Shown: positions 39,107-50,925 of the stretch, one piece after another
Layout of the letters: every line of letters begins with the position of its first letter
How positions within the stretch are numbered: the stretch's first letter is position 1
NCBI GenBank assembly: GCA_951406725.2
Contig: OX597843.1
Location: 16,492,001 to 16,556,000 of the forward strand
Length of the DNA: 64,000 bases
Source: Octopus vulgaris
Lineage: Eukaryota
Direction: 5' to 3'
Position numbers and translations under genes: made by a program
The notes under the pieces: model-generated
Seen by the model: only the letters and a program-made list of their open reading frames with translations
Told to the model about the DNA's origin: nothing
The model's database searches: none

Positions 39107-40135
39107 CAGCCTCATCTGGCACCTGTGCCGGTGGCACGTAAAAAGCACCATCCGACCGTGGCCATTTGCCAGCCCCGTCTGGCACCTGTGCCGGTGGCAC
39201 GTAAAAAGCACCATCCGACCGTGGCCATTTGCCAGCCCCGTCTGGCACCTGTGCCGGTGGCATGTAAAAAGCACCATTCGACCGTGGCCGTTTGCCAGCC
39301 CCGTCTGGCACCTGTGCCAGTAGCACGTAAAAAGCACCAACCAACAGTGGCCGTTTGCCAGCCCCATCTGGCACCTGTGCCAGTGGCACGTAAAAAGCAC
39401 CAATCCGACCGTGGCCATTTGCCAGCTCCGTCTGGCACCTGTGCCAGTGGCACGTAAAAAGCACCAATCCGACCGTGGCCGTTTGCCAGCCCCGTCTGGC
39501 ACCTGTGCCGGTGGCACGTAAAAAGCACCAACCGACAGTGGCCGTTTGCCAGCCCCATCTGGCACCTGTGCCGGTGGCATGTAAAAAGCACCATTCCGAC
39601 CGTGGCCATTTGCCAGCCCCATCTGCCACCTGTGCCAGTGGCACGTAAAAAGCACCAACCGACCGTGGCCATTTGCCAGCCCCGTCTGGTACCTGTGCCA
39701 GTAGCACGTAAAAAGCACCAACCGACAGTGGCCGTTTGCCAGCCCCGTCTGGCACCTGTGCCGGTGGCACGTAAAAACACCAATCCGACCGTGGCCATTT
39801 GCCAGCCCCGTCTGGCACCTGTGCCGGTGGCACGTAAAAAGCACCAATCCGACCGTGGCCGTTTGCCAGCCCCGTCTGGCACCTGTGCCAGTGGCACGTA
39901 AAAAGCACCAACCGACCGTGGCCGTTTGCCAGCCCCATCTGGCACCTGTGCCGGTGGCACGTAAAAAGCACCCACTACACTCTCGGAGTGGTTGGCGTTA
40001 GGAAGGGCATCCAGCTTTAGAAACACTGCCAGATCAGACTGGAGCCTGGTGCAGCCTTCTGGCTTCCCAGACCCCGGCTGAACCGTCCAACCCATGCTAG
40101 CATGGAAACCGAATGTTAAACGACGATGATGATGA
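39107..40135 (+). mobile_element. Family-A element with about 13-14 tandem 63/64-bp units upstream of the conserved tail
   Basis: Unit ggcacctgtgccggtggcacgtaaaaagcaccatccgaccgtggccatttgccagccccgtct repeated over 39107-39970, then tail and (GAT)n. Confidence 0.9.
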
Positions 40136-41091
40136 TATATAGATATAATTTTAAAAGTTCATTATAAGTAAAAAGATGCTATAAACAAGTATAAAAATGG
40201 AGGAAAGATGTGGAAATCAAAATTGGATTTAATACATATGGCTGTTTCAAAAGACAATACAAATATGTAAGAAAAATTTATAATAATAATAATAATTAAA
40301 GTTATGCATTGTCCTGCCTTTCCTGGCAAATGTGCCGGCAGCACGTAAAAAGCACCCACTACACTCACGGAGTGGTTGGCATTAGGAAGGGCATCCAGCT
40401 GTAGAAACATTGCCAGATCAGACTGGAGCCTGGTGCAGCCTTCTGGCTTCCCAGACCCCGGCTGAACCGTCCAACCCATGCTAGCATGGAGAACGGACGT
40501 TAACGACGATGATGATGATGATGACTTTAGTGTTAGGAAGGGCATCCACGTAAAAGCACCAACCAATCATGGCCGTTTGCCAGCCTCTTCTGGCCCCTGT
40601 GCTGGTGGCATGTAAAAGTACCCCTACACTCACGGAGTGGTTGGCGTTAGGAAGGGCATCCAGCTGTAGAAACATTGCCAGATCAGACTGGAGCCTGGTG
40701 CAGCCTCCTGACTTCCCAGACTCCGGTTGAACCGTCCAATCCATGCTAGCACAGAAACCGGATGTTAAACGATGATGATGATGATGGTGTGTTATGGGGC
40801 CAAAGTATGATGGAAGAACAAGTGTCTTAGAATAGAAGAGATACTCGGCTGCCCTATCGCTTTTGCTTTTAAACAGGCCACATCAGGTCAATCTGTTTTA
40901 TCTTGAAACTGGATAGATCCAGCCTCTCACATCAACCAGGCATGGCTGCGTGGTAAGAAGCTTGCTTCCCAACCATATGGTTCTGGGTTCAGTCCCACTG
41001 CATGGCATGTTGAGCAAGACCCCATAACTTAGTGATTCGGCAAAAGGAGAACGGCAGTTGTTCAGTTTAAAATCATCTTCACAAATGTTAT

Positions 41092-41500
41092 AGGCGCAGG
41101 AGTGGCTGTGTGGTAAGTAGCTTGTTTACCAACCACATGGTTCCGGGTTCAGTCCCACTGCGTGGCACCTTGGGCAAGTGTCTTCTACTATAGCCTCGGG
41201 CCGACCAAAGCCTTGTGAGTGGATTTGGTAGACGGAAACTGAAAGAAGCCTGTCGTATATATGTATATATATATATATGCGTGTGTGTGTTTGTGTGTCT
41301 GTGTTTGTCCCCTAGCATTGCTTGACAACCGATGCTGGTGTGTTTATGTCCCCGTTACTTAGCGGTTCGGCAAAAGAGACCGATAGAATAAGTACTGGGC
41401 TTACAAAAGAATAAGTCCCGGGGTCGATTTGCTCGATTAAAGGTGGTGCTCCAGCATGGCCACAGTCAAATGACTGAAACAAGTAAAAGAGAGTAAAGAG
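41092..41500 (+). mobile_element. Family-B SINE
   Basis: Full-length copy. Confidence 0.85.
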
Positions 41501-41904
41501 TATAAGTACTGGGATCGATTTGTATGCTAGAATTTTTTCAAGGCTGCGCTCCAGCATGGCCACAGTCAAAATGACTGAAATTAGTGAAAGATAAAAGATA
41601 ATTGTGATAAATCGTTAGCAGGGTTCCGATTAACCAATAATTGGTTAATTACATTTCCGATTGTGAGAATGATCAGGGGCTGTCTGTGACTTAATGATAT
41701 TTGTTCAAAGATCATTCAGTATTGATCTCTTTAAAACTGGAAGTTTGTATTATAGAACCAATCAGGTTGGTACCAAGAGGATGCTGCATTTTGGCCTTCC
41801 AGCCCTTTCGTTTTCCATGTTTCTGTTAGAATACGGTCTTCGGTCTATTTAGTTTTGGAAACAACGAAGAATTTAGTAAGATATCTTTACTCTTTTTTTG
41901 TTTT

Positions 41905-42313
41905 TTACTCTTTCACTTGTTTCAGTCATTTGACTGCGGCCATGCTGGAGCACCGCCATTAGTCGAGCAAATCGACCCCAGGACTTATTCTTTGTAAGCC
42001 CAGTACTTATTCTATCGGTCTCTTTTGCCGAACCGCTAAGTGATGGGGACATAAACACACCAGCATCGGTTGTCAAGCAATGCTAGGGGGACAAACACAG
42101 ACACACAAACATATACACACACATACATATATATATATATACATATATACGACAGGCTTCTTTCAGTTTCTTTCTACCAAATCCACTCACAAGGCATTGG
42201 TCGGCCCGAGGCTATAGTAGAAGGCACTTGCCTACGGTGCCACACAGTGGGACTGAACCCGGAACCATGTGGTTGGTTAGCAAGCTACTTACCACACAGC
42301 CACTCCTGCGCCT
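41905..42313 (-). mobile_element. Family-B SINE
   Basis: Full-length copy, inverted relative to 41092-41500. Confidence 0.85.
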
Positions 42314-42504
42314 TGTTCATTATTTACATTATTTACATTATTTACGTAAAGTATACTTGCCATCTCAATATGGCTAACCACTAAGGGTGGGTGTTACTGT
42401 AGCTTTTAGCCCCAGGAGATCATCGTCTCCAGCTGGCTTTAGACACACTTTCTGTGTCCTTATGATATTTGCAAAGGGAGGTCATCCCTCTCTCGTAAAC
42501 CTAA

Positions 42505-42564
42505 GTGATACGCACGGACTGCAGTTTCGAGGTAATTTGCCTCTTGTCAACGTACGGTAATCAC
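42505..42564 (-). ncRNA. Type I hammerhead ribozyme, decayed core (inverted monomer)
   Basis: Minus strand: GTACG-TTGACAA-GAGG-caaatta-CCTC-GAAA-CTGCAG-TC-CGTGC. Confidence 0.7.
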
Positions 42565-43002
42565 CGGTTTTCGATGAAGAGAGACCTGTTTGCAAATATC
42601 TATTTATGTTTTTCCCAGTAACCACTATCACTGATTTCGAAAAACTGTCTGAAAGCAATAATGAATCTCTGAACGAGATGTAAACAGTAACCGCTCACAC
42701 TTAGGTTGACGAGAGAGGGATGACCTCCCTTTGCAAATACCATAAGGGCACAGAAAGTGTGTCTAAAGCCAGCTGGAGACGATGATCTCCTGGGCTAAAA
42801 AGCTACAGTAACACCCACCCTTAGTGGTTAGCCATATTGAGATGGCTAGTATACTTTACGTTGTCGAGCGGTTACTGTTTACATCTTGTTCAGAGATTAT
42901 TATTGCTTTCAGACAGTTTTTCGAAATCAGTGACGGAAGTTACTGAGAAAAACAATAAGTATTTGCAAACAGGTCTCCCTTCATCGAAAACCGGTGATTG
43001 CC

Positions 43003-43045
43003 GTACGCTGAGGACAGGTCAATACCTAGAAACTGCAGTCCGTAC
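43003..43045 (+). ncRNA. Type I hammerhead ribozyme; predicted cleavage after GUC at 43040
   Basis: GTACG-CTGAGGA-C-AGGT-caat-ACCT-A-GAAA-CTGCAG-TC-CGTAC: intact CUGANGA/GAAA/UH core, palindromic stem III, C-A mismatch at the base of stem II. Confidence 0.85.
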
Positions 43046-43317
43046 GTATCACTTAGGTTTATGAGAGAGGGATGACCTCCCTTTGCAAATATCATAAGGG
43101 CACAGAAAGTGTGTCTAAAGCCAGCTGGAGACGATGATCTCCTGGGGCTAAAAGCTACAGTAACACCCACCCTTAGTGGTTAGCCATATTGAGATGGCTA
43201 GTATACTTTACATTGTCGAGCGGTTACTGTTTACATCTTGTTCAGAGATTTATTATTGCTTACATTATTTACATTATTTACATTTGACGGATATTTGTCC
43301 TCATCTTGTTTGTTGTT

Positions 43318-43363
43318 GACACAACATTTCGGCTGATATACCCTCCAGCCTTCATCAGGTGTC
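43318..43363 (-). ncRNA. Minimal type I hammerhead motif in a second short element (43261-43383) with an (AAATAATGT)n tail
   Basis: Minus strand: GACAC-CTGATGA-A-GGCTG-gagggtatat-CAGCC-GAAA-TG-TT-GTGTC. Confidence 0.75.
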
Positions 43364-44974
43364 TTGGGGAAATTTCGAACCTAATGCATTTGCTCATATG
43401 ATTGACCTAGGGCTAAATAAATGCATCAACAGCAACTGTAGCTATTCTATGTGGTCATGTGATCTGCTAGATATAGCAGTTAAGTCCTCTCACATCCTAA
43501 CACAGGCATCTTGAGAAAAGGAAGGACATTGTTGGACAGTATTGTAGAGAATATAAAATTATGGGGTGGTCGTAGATGGATTGTCACAGTTTGGTAATAT
43601 AGTTCTGCTTGGCTGCAACTGCTTCCATTAACAGCACAGATACCACCACCACCATCACCACCACCATTGCCACCATCATCATTACCATCACCACCACCAC
43701 AACCATCACCATCACCACCACTACTGCTACCACCACCACCACTACTGCTACCACCACCATAGTCTCTACTACTATCACCACAACTATTATTACAACCATC
43801 ACTTCCACCACCACCACCACCACAAACAGCCACCACCACCACAAACAGCCACCACCACCACAAACAGCCACCACCACCACAAACAGCCACCACTACCACA
43901 AACAGCCACCACCACCACAAACAGCCACCACCACCACCACTACTGCTGCCACCACCATAGTCTCTACTACTATCACCACAACTATTATTACAACCATCAC
44001 TTCCACCACCACCACCACCACCACCACAAACAGCCACCACCACCACAAACAGCCACCACTACCACAAACAGCCACCACCACCACAAACAGCCACCACCAC
44101 CACCACTACTGCTGCCACCACCATAGTCTCTACTACTATCACCACAACTATTATGACAACCATCACTTCCACCACCACTACTACCATCATCACAACCACT
44201 ACTACCATCACCACAACAACCACTACCAACACCACCACCACCACCACCCCTCTGCCTCCACCACCATAGCAAACATTGCGACCAGCACCATCACCATCAT
44301 CATCACCACCACCACCACTGTCTCCAACACCATAGCAAACCATTACAACCAGCCTCTTGACCACCGCCACCACCACCACCACCCCTCTGCCTCCACCACC
44401 ACCACCCTCTGCCTCCACCACCATAGCAAACATTGTGACCAGCACCATCACCATCATCATCACCACCACCACCACTGTCTCCAACACCATAGCAAACCAT
44501 TACAACCAGCCTCTTGACCACCGCCACCACCACCACCACCCCTCTGCCTCCACCACCACCACCCTCTGCCTCCACCACCATAGCAAACATTGCGACCAGC
44601 ACCATCACCATCATCATCACCACCACCACCACTGTCTCCAACACCATAGCAAACCATTACAACCAGCCTCTTGACCACCGCTGCCACCTCCACCACCACC
44701 ACCCTGACGCCAGCTATGTAATAAAAGACAGCATGGCGTATGAGTGATATCTGTCAGGCAGCAGCCATGCAGATATCATCAATGATGGGATAAATTTTTT
44801 ATGTGCTCACATGGTTATTGATACGAATATAGGATCAAAATAAAAACTAGCTAATTACTGTAACTATGGTGACACCAACCGCCGGGTTGTGTCTGTGTGT
44901 GTATGTACATGTATGTATGTATGTATGTATATATCTAAATGTATGTGCATATGTGCGTTTATGTATGTGTTTAT

Positions 44975-45014
<40 letters not shown>

Positions 45015-45184
45015 ATATATGTACGGATATATATGTATATGTGTATGCGTGTGTGTATATTTGTGCACACACACACACATATATATAATCATCATTCATG
45101 CATACACATATATAATATAATTGATATATGTATATATATGTGTGTGTGTATATATGTGTATATATATGTGTGTGTGTGTATATA

Positions 45185-45219
<35 letters not shown>

Positions 45220-45270
45220 GTGTGTGTATGTATTGTCAATTCAATGAACAAACTGTTCAAAAATACATAT

Positions 45271-45301
<31 letters not shown>

Positions 45302-45311
45302 CGGATATATA

Positions 45312-45342
<31 letters not shown>

Positions 45343-45530
45343 ATTTGTGTACACACACACATATACATATGGCTGTTTTTATGTATATGTATGCCTATAT
45401 ATCATTATCATCATCTATATTTATACACACATATATATAATCATCATTCATGCATACACATATAGTATGATTAATATATGTATATATATGTGTGTGTGTA
45501 TATATGTGTATATATATGTGTGTATATATA

Positions 45531-45571
<41 letters not shown>

Positions 45572-45660
45572 GGAAAGTTTACGAAAATAAACAAAAGACG
45601 AAGGCAGGTGGAGTAGAAACAAACAAATGTATTAGTATAACGCTCAGGAATAGAAAAAGT

Positions 45661-45696
45661 CTTTTACGTTTCGAGCCTATGCTCTTCTACAGAAAG
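45661..45696 (-). ncRNA. Minimal hammerhead-like motif (variant core) in repeat 45567-45760
   Basis: Minus strand: CTTT-CTGTAGA-A-GAGC-atag-GCTC-GAAA-CG-TA-AAAG; same family as 28260-28440. Confidence 0.5.
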
Positions 45697-46407
45697 GGAC
45701 ACAGAAAAAACAAGGAGAGAAATAAGGAGAGAAAAAAATGCGTGTAGTAGCTAACGATCTATCATCATCTTCACTGCCATTACCGTCAGCATCAGCATCA
45801 TCTTCAGCATCATTATCACTAGCAGCATCATCATCATCAACACCATCGTCATTCTCAACACCACTGTCATTACCATCATCACTAGCATCATTATCATCAT
45901 CATTATCATCATCATCATCAACACAATCATCATCATCAAACACATTGTCATCACCATCATCATCAACACCTCGTCATTGTCATCATCGTCATCATCATCA
46001 TTATTATCACCATCAACACAATCATCATCATCAACCCCATCATCGTCATCATTATCATCATCATCATCATCATCTCCACTATTTATATAATTATAATAAG
46101 GGTTTTTTGCAACAAGTTGCTTAAACCACATACCGAAAATATTAGAAATAGCAGCCAAAGGACTACTACTGTGTGTGTATGTATAGTCAATTCAATGAAC
46201 AAACTGTTAAAAAATATGAATTAAAAAAACCAAGAAAATAAAAACAGAGACGAACGTGAGGACGAGCACAAGAATTGTATCAGTTTGACGTTTGGTGAAA
46301 GAAGAGAGTTTTTAACATTTCGAGCATAGCTCTTTGTCGGGAAGGAGAAAGGGAAAAGTTCAAAGAAGGAGAAGGAAAAATCACCAGGGCCCATGCGTAG
46401 TTATATA

Positions 46408-47406
46408 TATTTCTTTACTACCCACAAGGGGCTAAACATAGAGGGGACAAACAATGACAGACAAAGGGATTAAGTCGATTACATAGACCCCAGTGCGAAA
46501 TTGGTACTTTATTTATCGACCCAGAAAGGATGAAAGGCAAAGTCGAACTCGGCGGAATTTGAACTCAGAACGTAATGGCATTTCGCCCGGCGTGCTAACA
46601 TTTCTGCCAGCTCGCCACCTTAGTTATATATACATATATATGTGTGTGTGTGTGTGTGTACTATCACCGTGATGACCGTGACCAACCAGTCTATCAGATG
46701 TTGCTACACATCGCTGGTCACAATGCGCTTCGCATTGTCTTAGCCTTCAAATGACGCCACCCCGCTGGCTAAGCGAGCAGGCCAACAGAAGAAAGAGTGA
46801 GAGAAATCTGTGGCGAAAGAGTACAGCAGGGATCGCCACCACCCCCTGCCGGAGCCTCGTGGAGCTTTAGGTGTTTTCGCTCAATAAACACTCACAACGC
46901 CCGGTCTAGGAATCGAAACCGTGATCCTCTGACCGCGAGTCCGCTGCCCTAACCACTGGGCCATTGCGCCTCCATGTGTGTGTAATATAAGTGTTTTAAA
47001 TGTATATTCTGTTTGTGATTTTGCAAACTTTAATTTGTTCAGAATATTCTCTTTATTCTTTACTTGTTTCAGTCATGTGACTGTGGCCATGCAGGAGCAC
47101 CGCCTTTAGTCGAGCAGATCGACCCCAGGACTTATTATTTGTCAGCCTCGTACTTATTCTATCGGTCTCTTTTGCTGAACTGCCAAGTTATGGGGACATA
47201 AACACACCAACACCGGTTGTCAAGCGATGTTGGGGGAACAAACAGACACACAAACACACACACGAATGGCTTCTTCCAGTTTCCATCTACCAAATCCACT
47301 CATAGGGCTATAATAGAGGACGCTTGCCCAAGGTGCCACACAGTGGAACTGAACCCAGAACCATGTGGTTGGTAAGCAAGCTACATAGCACACAGTCACT
47401 TCTGCA

Positions 47407-47441
<35 letters not shown>

Positions 47442-48030
47442 TATATATATATACTCTTATACTCTTTTACTTGTTTCAGTCATTTGACTGTGGCCATGCT
47501 GGAGCACTGCCTTTTAGTTGAGCAAATTGACCCCAGGACTTATTCTTTGTAAGCCTAGTACTTATTCTATCGGTCTCTTTTGCTGAACCACCAAGTTACG
47601 GGGACGTAAACACACCAGCATCGGTTGTCAAGCGATGTTGCGGGGACAAACACAGACACACACACACACATATACATGCGATGGGCTTCTTTCAGTTTCC
47701 GTCTACCAAATCCACTCACAAGGCTTTGGTCGGCCCGAGGCTATAATAGAAGACACCTGTAGGTGCCATGCAGTGGGACTGAACCCGGAACCATGTGGTT
47801 GGGAAGCAAGCTACTTACCACACAGCCACTCCTACGCCTATATATATATATATATATATACATATATACAACGGGCTTCTTTCAGTTTCCGTCTACCAAA
47901 TCCACTCACAAGGCTTTGGTCAGCCCGAGGCTATAATAGAAGACACCTGTAGGTGCCACGCAGTGGGACTGAACCCGGAACCATGTGGTTGGGAAGCAAG
48001 CTACTTACCACACAGCCACTCCTACGCCTA
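46408..48030 (-). mobile_element. SINE cluster: family D (46408-46622), family C (46660-46975), family B (47050-47410, 47460-47840, head 47868-48030)
   Basis: Homology to other copies in the window; all on the minus strand. Confidence 0.8.
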
Positions 48031-48421
48031 TACTAATCACTATAGTCACTATATATATATAAATACAGAGAGGGAGGGAGGGAGAGAGGGAAGGAGGGAG
48101 GGAGGCAGAGACAGACATGTATGTTTAATAATAAATGGTTTGTGGATGACATCTGAGAGTCTGACTCAAACAGAAGAAAAAAAACTGCAAAAAATCTCAT
48201 TAAGAGAGAGAATAGAATGAATAAAGTTTATGTTACTATCATCATCGTCATCATCATCATCGTCATCATCATCATCGTCATCATCATCATCGTCATCATC
48301 ATCATCGTCTTCATCACCATCATCACCATCATCATCATCACCATCGTCATCATCGTCTTCATCATCATCACCATCGTCATCATCGTCATCATCATCATCA
48401 TCATCGTCTTCATCATCATCG

Positions 48422-48483
<62 letters not shown>

Positions 48484-49454
48484 GTCTTCATCATCATCGT
48501 CTTCATCATCACCATCATCATCATCACTTTCATTGGAATCGTGATCAGCATCATGATGATGATCAGCATCATCGTCATCGTTACCACAATTCCAACATCA
48601 TCACCATCACTGTCGTTATTATCGTCATCTTCACCGCCATCAGCGTCATCTTCAGCATCATTATCACTAGCATCATCATCATCAACACCATCAACATTCT
48701 CAACACCACTGTCATTACCATCATCACCAGCATCATTATCATCATCATTATCACCAGCACAATCATCATCATCATCATCATCATCAACCCCATCATCGTC
48801 ATCATTGTCATCACCATCATCATCATCATCATCAACACCTCGTCATTGTCATCATCGTCATCATCATCATCAACACCATCTTCATTGTCATCATCGTTGT
48901 CATCATCATCATCAACCCCATCATCGTCATCATCATCATCATCTCCACTACCCTCACCATCGGATTGCATCTAGAAAGTTCCCCTTTGAGGCACAAATCT
49001 GGGCAAGGCTGTTTATGAAAGACCAGCAGTCGTCCATGGATACCAGCCTCCTATCTCCCCACTCCTGGTGTTATCCAAAGGAAAGACAAAGTCCGATACA
49101 GCTTGGCATCAGTGATATTGCAACTCATTTCTACAGATGAGTGAACTGGGGTAATGTCAAGTAAAATGTCTTGCTCAAGAACACAACACAGCCTGGTGCG
49201 GGAATAAATATATATATATAAATTGGACTGACTCCTGTGCAGGTAGCATGTAAAAAACACCATTTGAGCGTAGCCGGTGCCACTACTGCCAGACTGGCCT
49301 TCATGCCGGTGGCACGTAAAAGCACCCACTACATTCTCAGAGTGGTTGGCGTTAGGAAGGGCATCCTGCTGTAGAAATTCTGCCAGATCAAAATTGGAGC
49401 CTCGTGCAGCCATCCGGTTCGCCAGTCCTCAGTCGAATCATCCAACATTCTTTA

Positions 49455-49656
49455 TGTGTTTCAGTCATTTGACTGCGGCCATGCTGGAGCACCGCCTTTG
49501 GTCGAGCAAATCGACCCCGGCACTTATTCTTTGTAAGCCCAGTACTTATTCTATCGGTCTCTTTTGCCGAACCGCCAAGTAACGGCGACGTAAACACACC
49601 AGCATCGGTTGTCAAGCAATGCTAGGGGGACAAACACAGACACACAAACACACACA

Positions 49657-49695
<39 letters not shown>

Positions 49696-49859
49696 GACAG
49701 GCTTCTTTCAGTTTCCTTCTACTAAATCCACTCAGAAGGCTTTGGTCGGCCCAAGGCTATAGCAGAAGACACTTGCCCAAGGTGCCACGCAGTGGGACTG
49801 AACCCGGAACCATGTGGTTGGTTAGCAAGCTACTTACCACACAGCCACTCCTGTGCCTA
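49455..49859 (-). mobile_element. Family-B SINE
   Basis: Full-length copy interrupting a family-A tail. Confidence 0.85.
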
Positions 49860-50273
49860 TGTGTGTATGTACATAAGATATTGCCATTCACCATCATCAC
49901 CACCACCATCACTATTATCGTCATCATCATCACCACCACCACCACAACAACAATCATTATCAACAAGAGACATTATCATCATCACCATCATTATCATCAC
50001 CACCATCATCATAATCATCATCACCATCACCAAGATCATTATCATCTCCATTGCTATCACCACCATCACTATCATCATCGACATCACCACCACAACAATC
50101 ATCATCATCATCAGCATCATCATCTCTTGTCATCGTCGTCATCACCACCACCACCACCACCACCACCATCGTCATCATCTGTCTGCTTTCTATACAAGGG
50201 CTGTATTCACCGACTCACATGTTCTCATACATGTGTGTGTGTATGTGTGTGTGTATGTGTGTGTGTGTGTGTG

Positions 50274-50315
<42 letters not shown>

Positions 50316-50688
50316 AGACTCTGTCTCTCTCTGTATGTGTGTTCTGTCTGTATGTCCCCCCCTGTGTGTTTTGTTATTAAGAATGTAATAATAAGAATGC
50401 CTTCAGGATACTTTGCTCAATCAGAACTTAGGTACATATATACACACACATATATATATATACATACACACACATTATATACATACATACATATATATAT
50501 ATACACACACACACACATTATATACATACATACATATATATATATATATGTATATATACACACATTATATACATATATATATATACACATACACACACAC
50601 ATATACACACATATATATATACACACACACATTATATACATACATATATATATATATATACACATACACACACACATTATATACATAC

Positions 50689-50721
<33 letters not shown>

Positions 50722-50883
50722 TTATATACATATATACATATATATATATACATACACGCACACATTATATACATACATACATATATATATATATATACAC
50801 ACATACACATTATATACATACATATATATATATATATATATACACACATTTATATATAAATATATATATATACACACACAATG

Positions 50884-50925
<42 letters not shown>

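Larger units (their letters stand above)
42345..43260 (+). mobile_element. Candidate non-LTR retrozyme: 352-bp HHR-containing monomer, ~1.6 tandem copies (42698-43260) plus one inverted monomer (42345-42696)
   Basis: 352-bp period (gatgacc at 42719/43071; gtatactttac at 42849/43201), no credible ORF, type I HHR in each orientation, flanked on both sides by (TTTACATTA)n. Confidence 0.85.

Noticed and set aside
39072-40095. 250-330-aa repetitive ORFs
   Set aside because: 63-bp minisatellite in a retroelement UTR.
42566-42656. Possible opposite-polarity hammerhead in the retrozyme (tcgatga...tttcgaaaaactgtc)
   Set aside because: Core deviates and I could not form convincing stems I and III, so an ambisense viroid-like ribozyme is not supported.
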